A stretch of DNA of 62,019 nucleotides, the filler included, from Circinaria calcarea (taxonomy: Eukaryota), in NCBI GenBank assembly GCA_051942165.1. It is 17 parts of 17 records of this genome, joined end to end, with 100 filler letters (N's around TTAATTAATTAA, not from the genome) between each part and the next. Parts side by side here need not be neighbours in the genome. Positions count along the whole stretch, not along the records: positions 10,985 to 14,544 come from JAVECS010002749.1; positions 14,645 to 18,204 come from JAVECS010002750.1; positions 18,305 to 21,863 come from JAVECS010002751.1; positions 21,964 to 25,520 come from JAVECS010002752.1; 13 more parts are not named here. One strand, given 5' to 3'. The stretch's first letter is position 1. Each line of letters begins with the position of its first letter. The translations under genes were made by a program, and so were the position numbers. Shown here in pieces: positions 12,469 to 25,384 of the stretch. The notes under the pieces were generated by a model. That model was given only the letters and a program-made list of their open reading frames with translations. It had not been told where the DNA came from and did not search any database.

Positions 12469-14085
12469 CCCCACTTTTGCTCGACGTTCAACGGTTGAAG
12501 AATAAACCCTATTGAGGCAAAAAAGGGAACTCGGTAAAGTAAGTGATCTTCCATCTTAATTTCCGTTCCGTGGCCGGGTGGTTTAAAGGATAAATAATCC
12601 GGCACTGAAAAATTTACCCCACTTTTGCTCGACGTTCGACGATGGAATGGAAAAACCTCAAAGTGGTTAAAGGGAGTTCGCTAGAAGCAACCTTCGGTCT
12701 CATTTCCGTTTCATGCTCGGCGGTAGAAGCAATAAAGCTTCCGGAGAGGTAAAGAGCTCGCTAGATTTCAGTGCTTTTTACCCCACTTCTGCTCGACGTT
12801 CGACGATGGAGTGAAAAGACCCTCAAAGGGGTTAAAAGGGCTCGCTAGGAGCAAACCTTCCGTCCTGTCTCCGATACTAGAAGTAGACCTTTCCGGCGAG
12901 GTAGAGCATTTGCATTACCCTTTTTTACCCCACTTTTGCTCGACGTTCGACGATGGTATGAGAAACCTCAAAGGGGTAAGTGGCTGGCAAAGATAGGCAG
13001 GGCCATAAAGGGAATGAGGGTTCGACTGGTCGCTTAGTACATGTAGTCGCTTGGCATGAATAGACAATTTGCCACACCACTCAACGATGAACAATAAAGT
13101 ACAGATGTTCAAAGGTGTAAGTTACTGGGAAGAGAGTGGAAAGGACAAGCAGAAGGGCATGTAAACAGAACAGGTCTATGACCTCATACTAAAGGCAGAG
13201 AAATACAGCCCCACTTCCACTCGACGTTCGACGATACTGTCCAAAACCTCAAACAGGGCAAGTGGCTCGCCAAGTAGTAGTAGTAGCGAACTCCAGTAGC
13301 ATGACCTAATCAGCCACTCAACGTTCGACGGTAAAGTTGAAAAACCCCGAAAAGGAATCGTGCCGTCACGAGAACAAGCCTTTAGGGCTTTGGCCATCTA
13401 GGGATGTTCTTCGACGTTCAACGAAGAGGTTGGAGAACCTCAAAGGGGTATGGCGTGAAACTCCTCCGGAAAAGTGGTGCATTCAATCACACTGGGTGGC
13501 AATGGCGGGGTAACTTCGACGTTCAACGATTGTCCAGGAAAACCCCAAAGCAGCAAGGGCTAATAGGCGAGCGAGAAAGAGAAGCGAGATGTTTGATAAC
13601 ATGTGCTGATAGTCTCACATACTTACCCCTTTCATGTTCGATCATGATCAAGATGTTAGGACCAGGAAATAAAAAAAAACCATGTTGCATGGTTGTAGTC
13701 CTAATTAGCCGCTTGACGCCAGATGCTTGACACCAGACGCCTGAATATGTGACGCTGGGAAACTTTCATAGCAGCCAGTAAATATGGGGTGCATAGCTGT
13801 TCTAGCACGACCCGTGCACATGCGGGGTCTTTCGACATTCAACGATGGTCCATCAGATTCTGTAAAGGGCAACGTCTCATTACATGAGCCGAGGCAGGAA
13901 AACGTTGGTGAAATAAATCTAGGTTCCAGGTATCTCTCATCGGTTAAACCATTGTCCACTGATATCTAACTAAACAAAGATTAGCCGCCGAAGTCGAAAC
14001 ACGCTTGGAAGCTTCAATGCATATTTATAGAAGGCGGGGTGTTTATCGACATTCGACGATGATCCTAAAAAACCCCAAAGCAGAC
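12469..14085. repeat. Degenerate tandem array with conserved bipartite motif TCGACRTTCRACGAT-N(5-8)-AAAACCYCAAAG
   Basis: Core starts at 12481, 12629, 12793, 12940, (13081), 13221, 13318, 13411, 13516, 13832 and 14046, with faint copies near 13727 and 13937. Spacing is 140-164 bp on the left and about 93-107 bp on the right. Confidence 0.88.
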
Positions 14086-14210
14086 AAACCGGCGCCGGTG
14101 GAAGCCGAAGTCAATAGATCTTAGGCTTGAGAGCTTCTTGTGACGACATATGAACAATGCGTACCAAACGTAGTATATATCCATTACTGATCCCCTTCAA
14201 CTGCAACGTA

Positions 14211-14543
14211 CTATGCATTGATCTGTGGAACTTCCTCTTCCTCTATGTTCTCCAAATCCTGTACACCATCCAACCTCTTCACCAATTCTCCTGCAAACAC
14301 ATTTCCCACATCCTCAAGCTCAACCCCTTTCACCCCCTCTTTCTCGAAACTAGTCGTCTTCTTTCCAACAAGTCCACAAGCTACAATTCTGTCAAACCAC
14401 CCTAAGTCTGTACTTATGTTTATTCCCACCCCATGGCTTGTTACATTCCTTCTCAAGTGCACACCCACACTCGCAATCTTGTCGTCCTCTGATGTCCATA
14501 CTCCAGGGTTCTCGGTCGTGAACGACTTTATACCATAATGCAA
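14211..14543 (-). CDS. LIP2: Lipoyl(octanoyl) transferase LipB, C-terminal fragment
   Basis: NPGVW..KIASVGVHLRRNVTSHGVGINI..FDRIVACGL are LipB motifs. Confidence 0.92.
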   Translation of the reverse strand: MHYGIKSFTTENPGVWTSEDDKIASVGVHLRRNVTSHGVGINISTDLGWFDRIVACGLVGKKTTSFEKEGVKGVELEDVGNVFAGELVKRLDGVQDLENIEEEEVPQINA

Positions 14544-14656
14544 ANNNNNNNNNNNNNNNNNNNNNNNNNNNNNNNNNNNNNNNNNNNNTTAATTAATTAA
14601 NNNNNNNNNNNNNNNNNNNNNNNNNNNNNNNNNNNNNNNNNNNNGCGTGGTTGATC

Positions 14657-17438
14657 ATGTTATTTGTGCTATCCACCCTTCTGGCCCTTACTGCCGCTGT
14701 TCCCTCGAATTCTCGGCCTGAGCCATGGGGTCCATGGACTGCCAAGTCGCACTCCCTCCGCCGGTCCAAACGACAGACTGGTAGCACGTCGACGTGCGCA
14801 TCAAGTGCCGAGTTTGCTGTCAAGGCACCGCAGAAGAACATTTTCTTGGGACTGACCGACCAGGAAGCGGCGGACGTAACGTCCTTCCTGCATGCTCAAG
14901 CGGCTCTGAACCTGACATCGGTCGTGAATGCGACTGCGTATGTCCCCGAAAGCCGTTCTTTTCAAAGTTGACAGTTATTAACGGGAATCTCCAATAGCTG
15001 GGACAATGTTATTTTAACCGTCGAGCTCTTGCAACCCAACAAATCCGACGCGCTCTCCTACCTGGATTCAGGCGCGCAGGCCCCAGCTCGGTATGCCAAG
15101 ACTACGTTGCAATTCGGGGCAACCCTGGAACCGTACATTCAGGAGTACATGGTAGGGCCTTTGCCCGCCACTAATGGAACCGCTACCAATGGGACTGCCT
15201 CGTATGCCGAGTTGAATTATATCTACAACAAGGGATCCGGTCGTCAACGCGTATACAATGCGGACGCGCTTGCTTTGGCAACTTTCAACGTCGAAGTGGG
15301 TGCTGGAATCGCCGACATCACCCAAGCATTGCTCAATGGTGTATGTAAGATCCTTTGGACGCTTGAGAGAAATTGTTTTAACAAACCCGACAGACCGCTA
15401 CAGGCGCCGCCAACGACACTCTGTTAATCGCGGGCAGCGACCCGCTAATTCATGAAAATGGGCGGGTAATGCAATGGAATGAATTTTACGGCCTTCGGAC
15501 CGGCGAGCTGGCCAGCGAAACGCTTCTCCCGACCGGTCTTCAGTTCAAAATCGACGTGACTGGCCGCGATCCTTCGCAATGGTCCGTCAAGGGTTGGTAT
15601 TACAACGGGCTCTTCTGGACAAGCATCGAAGACTTTCGCAACGCCTTCAACTCTCCAGACTTCCTCAAGCCTGGCCCCAACGTCGACGGAGCATGGACGA
15701 GCACAGATCAACAGGGCCCGTTGCTACCTCATGACGAGCTGTATCCGCCAGTCACCGTCCAACCAGACGGCAGGCGCTTTGGTGTTGATGTGGAGGAGAA
15801 ATATGTAGAATGGAGTAGGTTCAACTGAATGTCTTTATTGAACGTCTGTGCAGCATGACTGATACTTTCGCCAGTGGATTTCAGTTTCTTCATCTCTACC
15901 ACAAGGGATACGGGCGTACAACTGCACAACATCAAATACAAAGGGGAAAGGGTGATTTACGAGGTTGGCCTCCAAGAGGCGATGGCGCACTACGCTTCTT
16001 CTGACCCGCTCCACTCCACCATTGCATATTTGGATAGCTACTACGGATTTGGTCCCAGCACTTGGCAGTTAGTCGACGGATTTGACTGTCCGGCATATGC
16101 AACGTACTTGAACACCTCGTTCTATGCCAGTGAGACCTCGCACACGCATCCGAACAGTCTCTGCCTTTTCGAAGCCGATGCGGGGTACCCTATCCAGCGC
16201 CATCTGTCGGCGAACTATGTCAGCGCTACCACAAACATTGTCTTCAACTTGCGAAGTGTAGCCACTGTTGGTAATTACGACTACATGTTTGAATATGCAT
16301 TCCATCTCGACGGCTCAATTGCTGTCACTGTACGCGCATCTGGGTATATCCAGGCTTCTTTCTTCTCCAATGCGAGCGACTATGGATTCCACATTCACGA
16401 TAACCTTTCGGGAGGTCTTCATGATCACGTTTTGAACTATAAGCTTGATCTAGATGTGTTGGGTACTCAAAACAGTTTGATGAAAATGGCATTAGTGCCA
16501 GCCACCGTAACGTAAGACTCGTCTATCTGCATCTCCTTCTGTACTGATGTCTACAACAGTTATCCTTGGGCTGGAGGCCAGCCGCGAAATACGATGAAGC
16601 TTGAGAGATCCTTTATCACCTCTGAGGATCAAGGAAAACTTGATTTTGCGCTGAATGGTGCTGTCATGTACAGTGTAGTCAACAAGGATGCGCCCAACGA
16701 GTTTGGAGAATATCCCGGTTGGAGGCTCGCGCCGAGTAAGCCAACCATATTGACTTTTTCTTCATACCCGAATACTGATTGGTTATAGACAGCGGTAACA
16801 TGGCCACATTGACGGCCCAAAACTCGACGAGTCTTGGACAGGCTGCCAATTGGGTATCGCATAACCTTTTCGTCGTCCAAAGAAAGGATACCGAGCCCCG
16901 AAGTGCCTATCCGTACAATAACTTGGATGTCGACAGTCCGGTGGTGGATTTTAACAAGTTCTTTGATGGCGAATCCTTGGATCAGGAAGATTTGGTTATG
17001 TGGGTAGCACCAGAGTAATATTTCTTGCGTTCCGCCCTGCTGACTCTATCTTCAGTTATTTCAACCTCGGAATGCACCACGTACCCAACACCGCCGATCT
17101 TCCGAATACCGTATTCACCGTACGTCTCATTCTCCATTCTTTGTTGTCCCGTTATGACCCACTAACCTTTGTCTTCCCAGAGTGCCCAATCCTCGATGCT
17201 CATCGCGCCCCAGAATTACCTCCCCAGCGACCCATCCCGACAGACCATCCATCAAGTCCGCCTGAACTTCTTGGACGCCAACGTCACCGATCAGTTGACG
17301 TTCGGCACCAAGCAGCCGACGTGCATGCTGGATACGTCCAGCGTCGCGCCTGAGCTCTCGTCGTTTGTGGGCGAGGTGCTGATCCCTAAGTATCCGTACG
17401 ATCCGCTGAATACGATTGAGACGAATCCTGGTGGGTAG
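14657..17438 (+). CDS. Secreted copper amine oxidase (TPQ-dependent), 8 exons
   Basis: Exons 14657-14937, 14998-15340, 15394-15814, 15875-16511, 16560-16735, 16789-16999, 17056-17119 and 17181-17438. Hydrophobic N-terminus, YLDSYYG, TPQ motif NYDY, copper ligands HDH and GMHHVP. The start may lie upstream of the contig edge. Confidence 0.93.
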
Positions 17439-18392
17439 AGTGTGCATTTTGAGAGAGCGGGAGAGAGAAAAGGAAGGGTATGGTGGGTGGAGGTTGTTGT
17501 GTATAGAGAGTGGTGTACTTAGACAGATGAGGTGGTGGGCGTGGGACGTGGCGGAGGAGCAGGAGCGCTGCTCAGCGCTCTCAATCTTTCCAAAATGTTT
17601 GATAGATGTAAATAATTACATATCAAGTCTCTATGCCAAAAGTACTTGTACATTTCATTTCGTCCGTCTTGGTCTGGATGCTCTCCTGTTCCCACTCGAG
17701 TCTACTCAGAGCCCTTCCTTGATCATGCACCCCTCTAAAAACTCTACCCGCCAATACACATGCTCATACCTGTTCTTCTTTTCTATGGGCTTCTTGTTAT
17801 CAGCTCGGTTTTTTTCAATCTTCTCCCGTCCTTTTCCACCCCTGCTTTTTTTTTCTCTTTTTGATTTCTCTTCTTCCCCCATTCCCCGTAAACCCTTCAT
17901 CCCCAACCCTCTATTGACCTCTACCCTCTACTGGTATTTGTTGTTGGAAGTCATAGACCGTGGCATGTGTTGCATAGGATGTCCATGCTCAACACTCCCT
18001 ACACACACCATATAAGCACTTTTTCGTTGCATAGATAACTAAGTAGTTACACACTTGTACATAGCATAAATGCCATCACACATTATTGCATCTTCAACAT
18101 TTGTTACATCTCCAAGAATACTGGGCGATGCTGCTGGCTAGCTTTGGACTGGGAAAGCGGGGACTAGGAAAGCCGGGGACTCTGAAACCCAGGGACTATG
18201 AGCCNNNNNNNNNNNNNNNNNNNNNNNNNNNNNNNNNNNNNNNNNNNNTTAATTAATTAANNNNNNNNNNNNNNNNNNNNNNNNNNNNNNNNNNNNNNNN
18301 NNNNTGGTCTCCATACTGTCTACGCTCGTCGGCCCATCATTTGAGGTATGAAATAAAGTTTGCACTGCTTGCTATCATGAACAAGACTCAAA

Positions 18393-21011
18393 ATGCCCTA
18401 TAGCGCGGAAAATGAACGCTCTGAGAGTTTCTGGAGAGCTGATAACGAAAATCTCATCCAAACTCGCAATCGTTCCAGGAGAGATCACCTGGTAGATGGC
18501 CAGCAGGGATCGCGTCAGACTACAGGGTCAATGGCAGACAACCTTGCAAACGCATGTAAAAAGGGATATAGCCTTACGTGCTTAGGATCCAATCGTCCTG
18601 AGTCTTCAACGCAGTCTTCGGTCTGTGGTTATCAAGCAGAAAGCTTCCGAGAAGAGTTCGCTGTTGGAAGGGGTGGTTGGTGGAAACGGCAAATGCTGGT
18701 AGACCGCAGTCTTAGGTTGATGGCGGGCCTCATGACAGTGTTTGCAGCCATCATGGTCCTGACCTGTGCGGTTTACTTCCGCACCTTCCTTCAGCGGGAA
18801 AACCGTCACTCAACTTCAATTGGAGCAAAGATCGGGGAACAATGTGATACCGTGGAGACTCGAACAACGGTATGTCTTTGTAGCAATTTCACCGCAATCC
18901 TTAATCACTGACATACAGTTTCTTCTTTCCAGGTCCTTAACCTGTTAATCAACATAGCCGCTACGATGATTTTGGGCATGTCCAATACGTATCAGCAGTT
19001 GGCAACATCACTAAAGGTCGATGAGATCAAATGGGCACTTTCAAAACGAGGAGACTCAAGGGTTGGGACCAACTCGCCAATGGCCATCAACGACAAAAGA
19101 AATGGAAAGCTAACCTCATGGCTTGCATGGTTACTTCTTATCTCGACTTCCTTGGTGAGCTATTGACTTCGAATTAGGCCTGCCTAATGCAACTAAAATC
19201 TTTGACACAGCCAATTCACTTCCTTGCCAACTCTTTCATCGGGCCTTCTTTGTTCATAAAGCCATCCCGCAACGTTGAATATATACCTTTACCCTTTTTG
19301 GAGAGGCGATACAGCAACTATGGATACCGCGATGAATACTCCGATGGGCGTGTCTATGGATTTGGCTGCTGGACTGCATTTAGAACTGGCAAGTATCAGT
19401 TCTCATTCGAAGGATCTACAGGCCCAGACTTGCAGAGTTTAGTTACCTATCCGACGATTGATGTTTACTACGATAGCATGAATTGCACCCGGTACCGTAA
19501 TGAAACAAAAGATTTAGCCGCTGTCGAACAAGAGTGGATGTCGTACAAGCATAGTTTCTCTCATCCACTCTATGGACATTGCATGGGTACTGGTACCTAC
19601 TGCAAGGGAAAAGGAACCCCCAGCGTGGCCTGTCGTACCAGTGTGCGAATGCAAGCTGCTTTGATTCTGGCTGGATGTCTGGTGGTCAAAGCGATCTATA
19701 TGATTACTGTTAACCTAAAAGCCCGCCGAAAGGTCAAATCAAGCTGTCTAACGTTTGGAGACGTAATCGTGGCCTCATCCCTGGATGACAGGTTGCGGAT
19801 GCGAAACGAGTGCATGGTCAACGCTGGGGATGGTTACCGTCATCAGACCAGTCATCTGTGCCACAAACATTGCAAAGACTCAAAGCCATCCGTAAGTGGC
19901 GACGACCTTGGTCACTGCCAGAAATGCAGGAGGTTCAACACCATCGACAAGGCTTCCAATCTTGAACACCCGGTCATCGCCATCAAGTTCAAGAAATCTC
20001 TTATATCCAACCTTGGAGTCACGGCGGTGACACAGATGATAATTCTTATGTTTGCCTCGCTCGCTATGATTGGTTCGTCCTTGGTGCTGGCGGTTTTCAT
20101 AGGTATCGGTGTAACTGAGTGGAAACGTGATTGCAGAGAATATGGTGCTAGTTGGCATGGTGACTGTAAATTGACGCGAGGTGCATATCTCAATCTAAGA
20201 TATGGCGGATGGGGAGGCTTCAAGTCTTCAGCGACTATTGGTTCTCTTCCCATCAACAGCCTCTGGAGCGAACAACTTTCGTTCGTAATCTCCAACGGAC
20301 CACAGCTTCTATTCTCCATGCTCTACCTTTTACTGGTCTACAATATCACGCTCATAAGTATGGAACACGATTGGGGTAAGTTCGAAAGAGAGCGTCAAAG
20401 ACTCCGATGTACGCTTGTGACAGGAAAGACGTTCAAACAGTCTTATTTCCTGCAGTTGCCAAAACAGATTATTCTTCCGTTGATGGGGCTTAGCTCTCTG
20501 ATGCACTGGCTGCTGGGTCAAGCTATCTCTACAAGGGAGACTGTCTGGTCTAATGCTGACCTCAGGTACTCGCATTCCAAATACGATGTGAGTCATCCAC
20601 CTTCATCCAGATCTCCAGCTTCCGGGACAATTGTTTAATATAAGGCTGCTATAGATTGTCTACGCGGTCTACCCAATCTGGCTGTCTACGGTACTTATGA
20701 CGGGAATGACGGCGATCTGTTGGTGGGCATTCACCTACAAGCGGGAAGGTTTCATGCCCCAGATGTACGGATCTATCCGCGCATGCTGCGCGGCCACTAC
20801 AGAACTAGACCACTTTACCGAAAAGGGGATTCAATGGGGTGATCGTAAGTTCTCTACGGGTATATCTGCTCAGATGGGAATTGCTAAAGGAAATTCAGTT
20901 GGTGCAGGTGAAAGATTCCGACACGCTGGCTTCTCTTCCGGGACAATCAGAGAGATTGAGCCTGCCGAGTTATATTGCGGGCGCGAATCCGGCAAAGAAA
21001 AAGCTAGTTAG
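18393..21011 (+). CDS. Multi-pass membrane protein, DUF6536-like
   Basis: Exons 18393-18869, 18933-19154, 19211-20587, 20655-20844 and 20899-21011. Motifs LLINIAATMILGMSNTYQQL, GDSRVGTNSP, PIHFLANS, TFGDVI, SNGPQL, SYFLQLP, MHWLLGQAI and QWGD..HAGFS. Confidence 0.75.
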
Positions 21012-21963
21012 GGGGTTCAACAAGTATGAATGCATATATTCGCGCAATCAAAGACTGGAGGGAATTTCCCCTGAATTGGATTCAAATCTCAACAACGCTA
21101 CTTTTGGTGGTCTTGTGGTGTCCCCCTTTCTGTTTTCTAACTATGCTTAGGTGGATACAGTTAGTTCATCTACCTAAGCTGCATTTTCGATTACACTCCG
21201 CAATCGCCGACCAGTCCTTTTGATAGACCGACTTGAGCGAATTACTACATTACCTACCTTCTCTCGCCGCCAGTAATCATGTTTTTTAAATTGTGGCTTC
21301 CTATCCCTTTGCCTCCCCCCCTTTTCCCCCTTCCCTCCGTCATCGTGCCATGTACGCCTCCCAACCGGGTCCGTGGCAGATGACATGCAATATACCCTCA
21401 CCAGAACCAGGACATCTGTTTCTCCGAACCCGTACAATCAACAACTGGGTTAAAGACGGAATCGCATTCTTCCCATTGAGAAATATATATTCGGTGGCAC
21501 CCGGCAATGGTTCCCAATCACTCTGCTGTGCTAACCCCCCCCCCCCCTTTTCTTCACGAAACTACTCCTTATCTCGTTGGGAATTTCCCCTATTCTACAA
21601 GCCTCCCGGCCATCCTCATTCCCTAGAGAACATCACAGCATTCTCAAACGTTAGGCCCCCTTTGTTCTGAGAGATGAGGCACTAGGACGTATGTTATAGT
21701 ACCAGACCACATGAGCGTGAAAGAGTTCGCGTTGGGTGGCATCTGTCCTAGATTTTCAAACCTTACACTCATCCCTTCGTTCCCAAACGCTTTTTCCGCA
21801 CTTGACAATGGGGACTGGGAGTCCCCCTTGATGCTCCCCCCGAGTTCGACTCGTATTTCCCCCNNNNNNNNNNNNNNNNNNNNNNNNNNNNNNNNNNNNN
21901 NNNNNNNTTAATTAATTAANNNNNNNNNNNNNNNNNNNNNNNNNNNNNNNNNNNNNNNNNNNN

Positions 21964-22929
21964 CTCCATAAGGCGAGATAAAAGGTCTTGATTCATAGGA
22001 CCCGATACCTCTGACTTGCTCACCATGGCTTGTCTTTCTGCCATTCGTGTGGCTTGAAACACAATTTGGGCCGAATCGGGCTGCTTGAACAGCCGTGACA
22101 TCAATGGAGTCCATTTCAAATGGGTGTCGACCCATGGAACCTGTCCAATCTTGAACCATATTAGATTCCAACTTATATATGTAGAGTTTCACGACCTACC
22201 AATGCAACTCTATTGAAATGTATATCGACATCATTAATAATATTATCCACGTCCTTGCCGGCTTCTAAGAAGCCATATCGTTTTGAGAATGTTAATTCAC
22301 CCAAGGTGTCGTATACAAACATCTCAAGCTAGGTACCGAAGTCACAGGCTTTACCATGAACGTATAACTCGTCAATACGACCGAAGAAAACGCTAATTGA
22401 TGTATCGACAAAATTCTCAAAGGAAACCATATTAGTCATCGAAAAGATCTTGGCGACAGGTTTCTTCAATTGACGGTGGAGATCGGCTGGCAATGGTGAG
22501 ATTGTACCAACCATAGCTTGGCCGTTCACATATGGAAGGATGACTTTGTAAAAGTCGGATTGTCAAGCGATCATCAATAACAAGAATTGTGCAAAACGAA
22601 GCCTAGGTTTTTGCTGTCATACCTTTTGAAATTTGTAGGTATATCGCGTAGATGGTGGGAATCTCTGCGGGGTCTGCTACCGACACCATGTTTGGACCCA
22701 GACGAACCAGTTTCCCATACTCATCGTGTAGAGAAATATGCGTTAGAAACTGCTTCTTGGTCCAGGTCCAGTACAGACGAGGCCCATTGGAGATTGCTGT
22801 GAGCAATGGTCCAGGGACAGCTCGAAGCCTATAGTAGGTGCGCAGAAGTTCTACAGCGTAAATTAAAAGAACTGTCCACGCAATGAGAGCCAGAACTCCG
22901 ACTGGGAGGTATTCTCCGAAAAAAGCCAT
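21964..22929 (-). pseudogene. Cytochrome P450 pseudogene (3' end beyond contig)
   Basis: N-terminal anchor, LRAVPGP, LHDEYGKLVRLGPNMVSVADP, SDFY, FVD, TLGELTFSKRYGFL and DLLSRL. Lesions: frameshift near 22640, first intron acceptor reads CAA instead of CAG (~22560), and TAG at 22329-22331 in place of the conserved Trp of DFGxW. Confidence 0.85.
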
Positions 22930-24035
22930 GCTGGATAGCTGGTCAAGGAGTGAACACAGCGTGTGCGTTCTGATCGTGTTGGCAATCCATAGCTATAGAC
23001 TGGGCGCTATTGTTTTGGAAACGAGCAATCAGCCCTCAGAAATCAGCGATCGACGGTCACCGATCACCGATCAGTAGCCAACAGCCAGCAGCCAGCAGCC
23101 AGCAGCTAGACGGACTGCCTTCAAAACAGCATTCATGTACTACGCCGCGCTGCATTGATTTTCAAGGTTGGATGGAACACCTGAAAAATGCAGGGAATCT
23201 CAAAGGCTGAGTCGCTGAGCCGTGATAGGCGGCCTTGCTCGATCAAGCTTTGTTACGTTATCCCAGTATAATTATGAACGCTAATGCAGGGCACCGCCCT
23301 GCCATCCGCAAATGCTTATCTTGACCCCAGTACGAAAAAAGCGAGCAATGCAATGTTGCAGTAAAGTAGTAGCCTTGCTCCGTAAAAGCTGGTTGGATGT
23401 CTACCCCCGAGCCTCTTTCTCGGAAGCACCCTCCAAACATCCACCCACACCATCGTCTCCCTTTGCGCCTTCTGATTCGCTCAAGTTGGCACGCGGCGTA
23501 CCGTATTTAACCCTTCCGCGGAATGCTCCTTAGTTAACAAACGCAAAGGGGCCGTGAGACTCGGGAACAAAATGCCGCAGCAAGGCATGCAGTGGTTGCG
23601 GCGTGGATGCAGCATATGCATTGAATGCACGGACGGAACAAAGCTACAAAACCATAGGCGCATGATCCATAGCATTAATACTCATGTCCATGAACTAGAA
23701 TCGTTCCTCCGTTTGCGATTTCATTGCCACAAGTCAATGTAGTTACCAACCCCGAGGACAGAGAAGCCTTTCAACCCTGGTTCTGCTGCTTCGCCTGTTT
23801 CAAATACCTTAAGATAGCACAAGATGAGTAGCTATTTGATATCTCAACGATAATCCTTATCATCAGATACATCATCTAATTTACGATAACGAAACTTAAT
23901 CATCTTCAAGAACACCTATCGTACGACGTTATCTATATATTTCAACTTGCCGGCCTAAGCACGCATACCGTAACCCTCAAATCCTTTACTTTTCTCTTCT
24001 ACGTGATTCGTGATATCCTGCAGCTAGTACTCTAA

Positions 24036-25365
24036 ATGCCTGACTCCAAGGGAGGAGTTATTGCGATCGGAGTTGTTTTCATGGTTCTACCGACAATAGC
24101 AACAGGGCTCCGCATTTGGGCCCGTTTGATAAGCCGTGTAAAATTGGGAGCTGACGACTACCTCATTTTTTTCGCTCTGGTCCGCTTTTACCCCGAGGAA
24201 CTTCCGTTGATTATATTATTGACACTTGACAGGCTTGCTCCTTAATTGCAGGAATCTCGATAATTATCTGTGCTGCTATTGGAGGCTTAGGATCTCATAT
24301 TTACCCCTCGGTTAAATCAGATGGCTCTTTCGTTCATACCAATATATACAGAGATTTTAGCTTGGTCAGTTTTTTCTCAGGATGGTTGAATCCAGCATTG
24401 AAGTTCCAACTAACCTATATACTTCCGACAGTCCAAATGGGTCCTTCAAATTTTCGCGACTCTTACTCTTGGCTTCACCAAACTCTCAGTCCTCCTCTTT
24501 TACCGTAGAATCTTCTCAGTACTTATATTCAAGAAAATTACTAATGTCTTCGCTATCTTTATCATTTTATGGACAGTTTCTTTTACTGTTAGTTTGGTTT
24601 TTCAATGTCGCCCCGTTTCGGCCTTCTGGAACTTCTTTGAATGGGAAGCTGGAAATCATTGTTTCCATCTATATCGATTCTATTTCGGTATTACAGTTTC
24701 GGACTTGATCTTCGACGTTAGTATTCTCGTGCTTCCTATGCCCATGGTTTGGCGTCTTCACCTCCCGATGAAGCAAAGATTGAGTGTGGGAGGGATTTTC
24801 CTCCTTGGAGCAGTGTACGTTTTAGTGGTCAAAGAAGATTTCAAACCGTGCTAATGCATACTGATTATAGTGTATGCGCTGCAAGCATTATTCGTCTTGT
24901 ATTCTTTTTCGACTCCACCAGTGCCCTTGGCTCATTGGACTACACATGTAAGTCCTATTCTTTAAATATAAAGTCTGATTTTAATGATTCGCCCACACAG
25001 ACTCCCAAGCCCCACCCGTATACTGGACATATATCGAGGCCGCTATGGCGATCGTCGGTGCCTGCCTTCCAATGCTACGTCCGATATTCTTGCGCAACGG
25101 CAACTCTGTCTCGAATGGCTTTGCAAACCATTATAGTGGTAAGAGGCTCATGACCAAATGGCGACATATTTATCCTTTCAACTCAATCAAAAAGGGTACA
25201 ACATTGAATGATGGAAGCAGTGTGTCTCAGTTTAAGGATGATAGCCTAGATAAAGGGATAGGCGTCCGCACTTACATCCATCCAGTACCACTGCGAGACT
25301 CGGCACCACCTGCAGATGGGATCAGGGTCCAAAGAGGGTGGGAAAATCAGAGACAGGACGTATGA
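24036..25365 (+). CDS. PTH11-like (fungal rhodopsin-domain) seven-TM receptor without CFEM
   Basis: LRIWAR..LGADDYLI, TKLSVLLFYRRIF, FQCRPVSAFW, DVSILVLPMPMVWRLHLP, FLLG, IE..MAIVGACLP.LRP. Introns at 24180-24232, 24365-24431, 24815-24870 and 24948-25000 give an intact frame. Confidence 0.9.
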
Positions 25366-25384
25366 GTTCTGCAATAATCTCTAT

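Noticed and set aside
12469..14085. Calling the motif array a CRISPR array
   Set aside because: Eukaryotic context, degenerate repeats, long and partly homologous linkers, and no cas genes. Kept as an unexplained array.
15166..15200. ATNGT-ATNGT duplication in the amine oxidase
   Set aside because: A minor 15-bp loop duplication that adds a sequon. No wider significance evident.
17416..18015. 199-aa + ORF and Lys-rich minus ORF after the amine oxidase
   Set aside because: Low-complexity purine/pyrimidine tracts with no homology recognised.
21800..21863. B-box-like GAGTTCGACTC at contig end
   Set aside because: No cloverleaf can be folded, and the sequence is truncated.
14645..25365. Apparent cluster of amine oxidase, membrane protein, P450 and receptor
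   Set aside because: Spans three unrelated contigs. Only the P450-receptor linkage is real.
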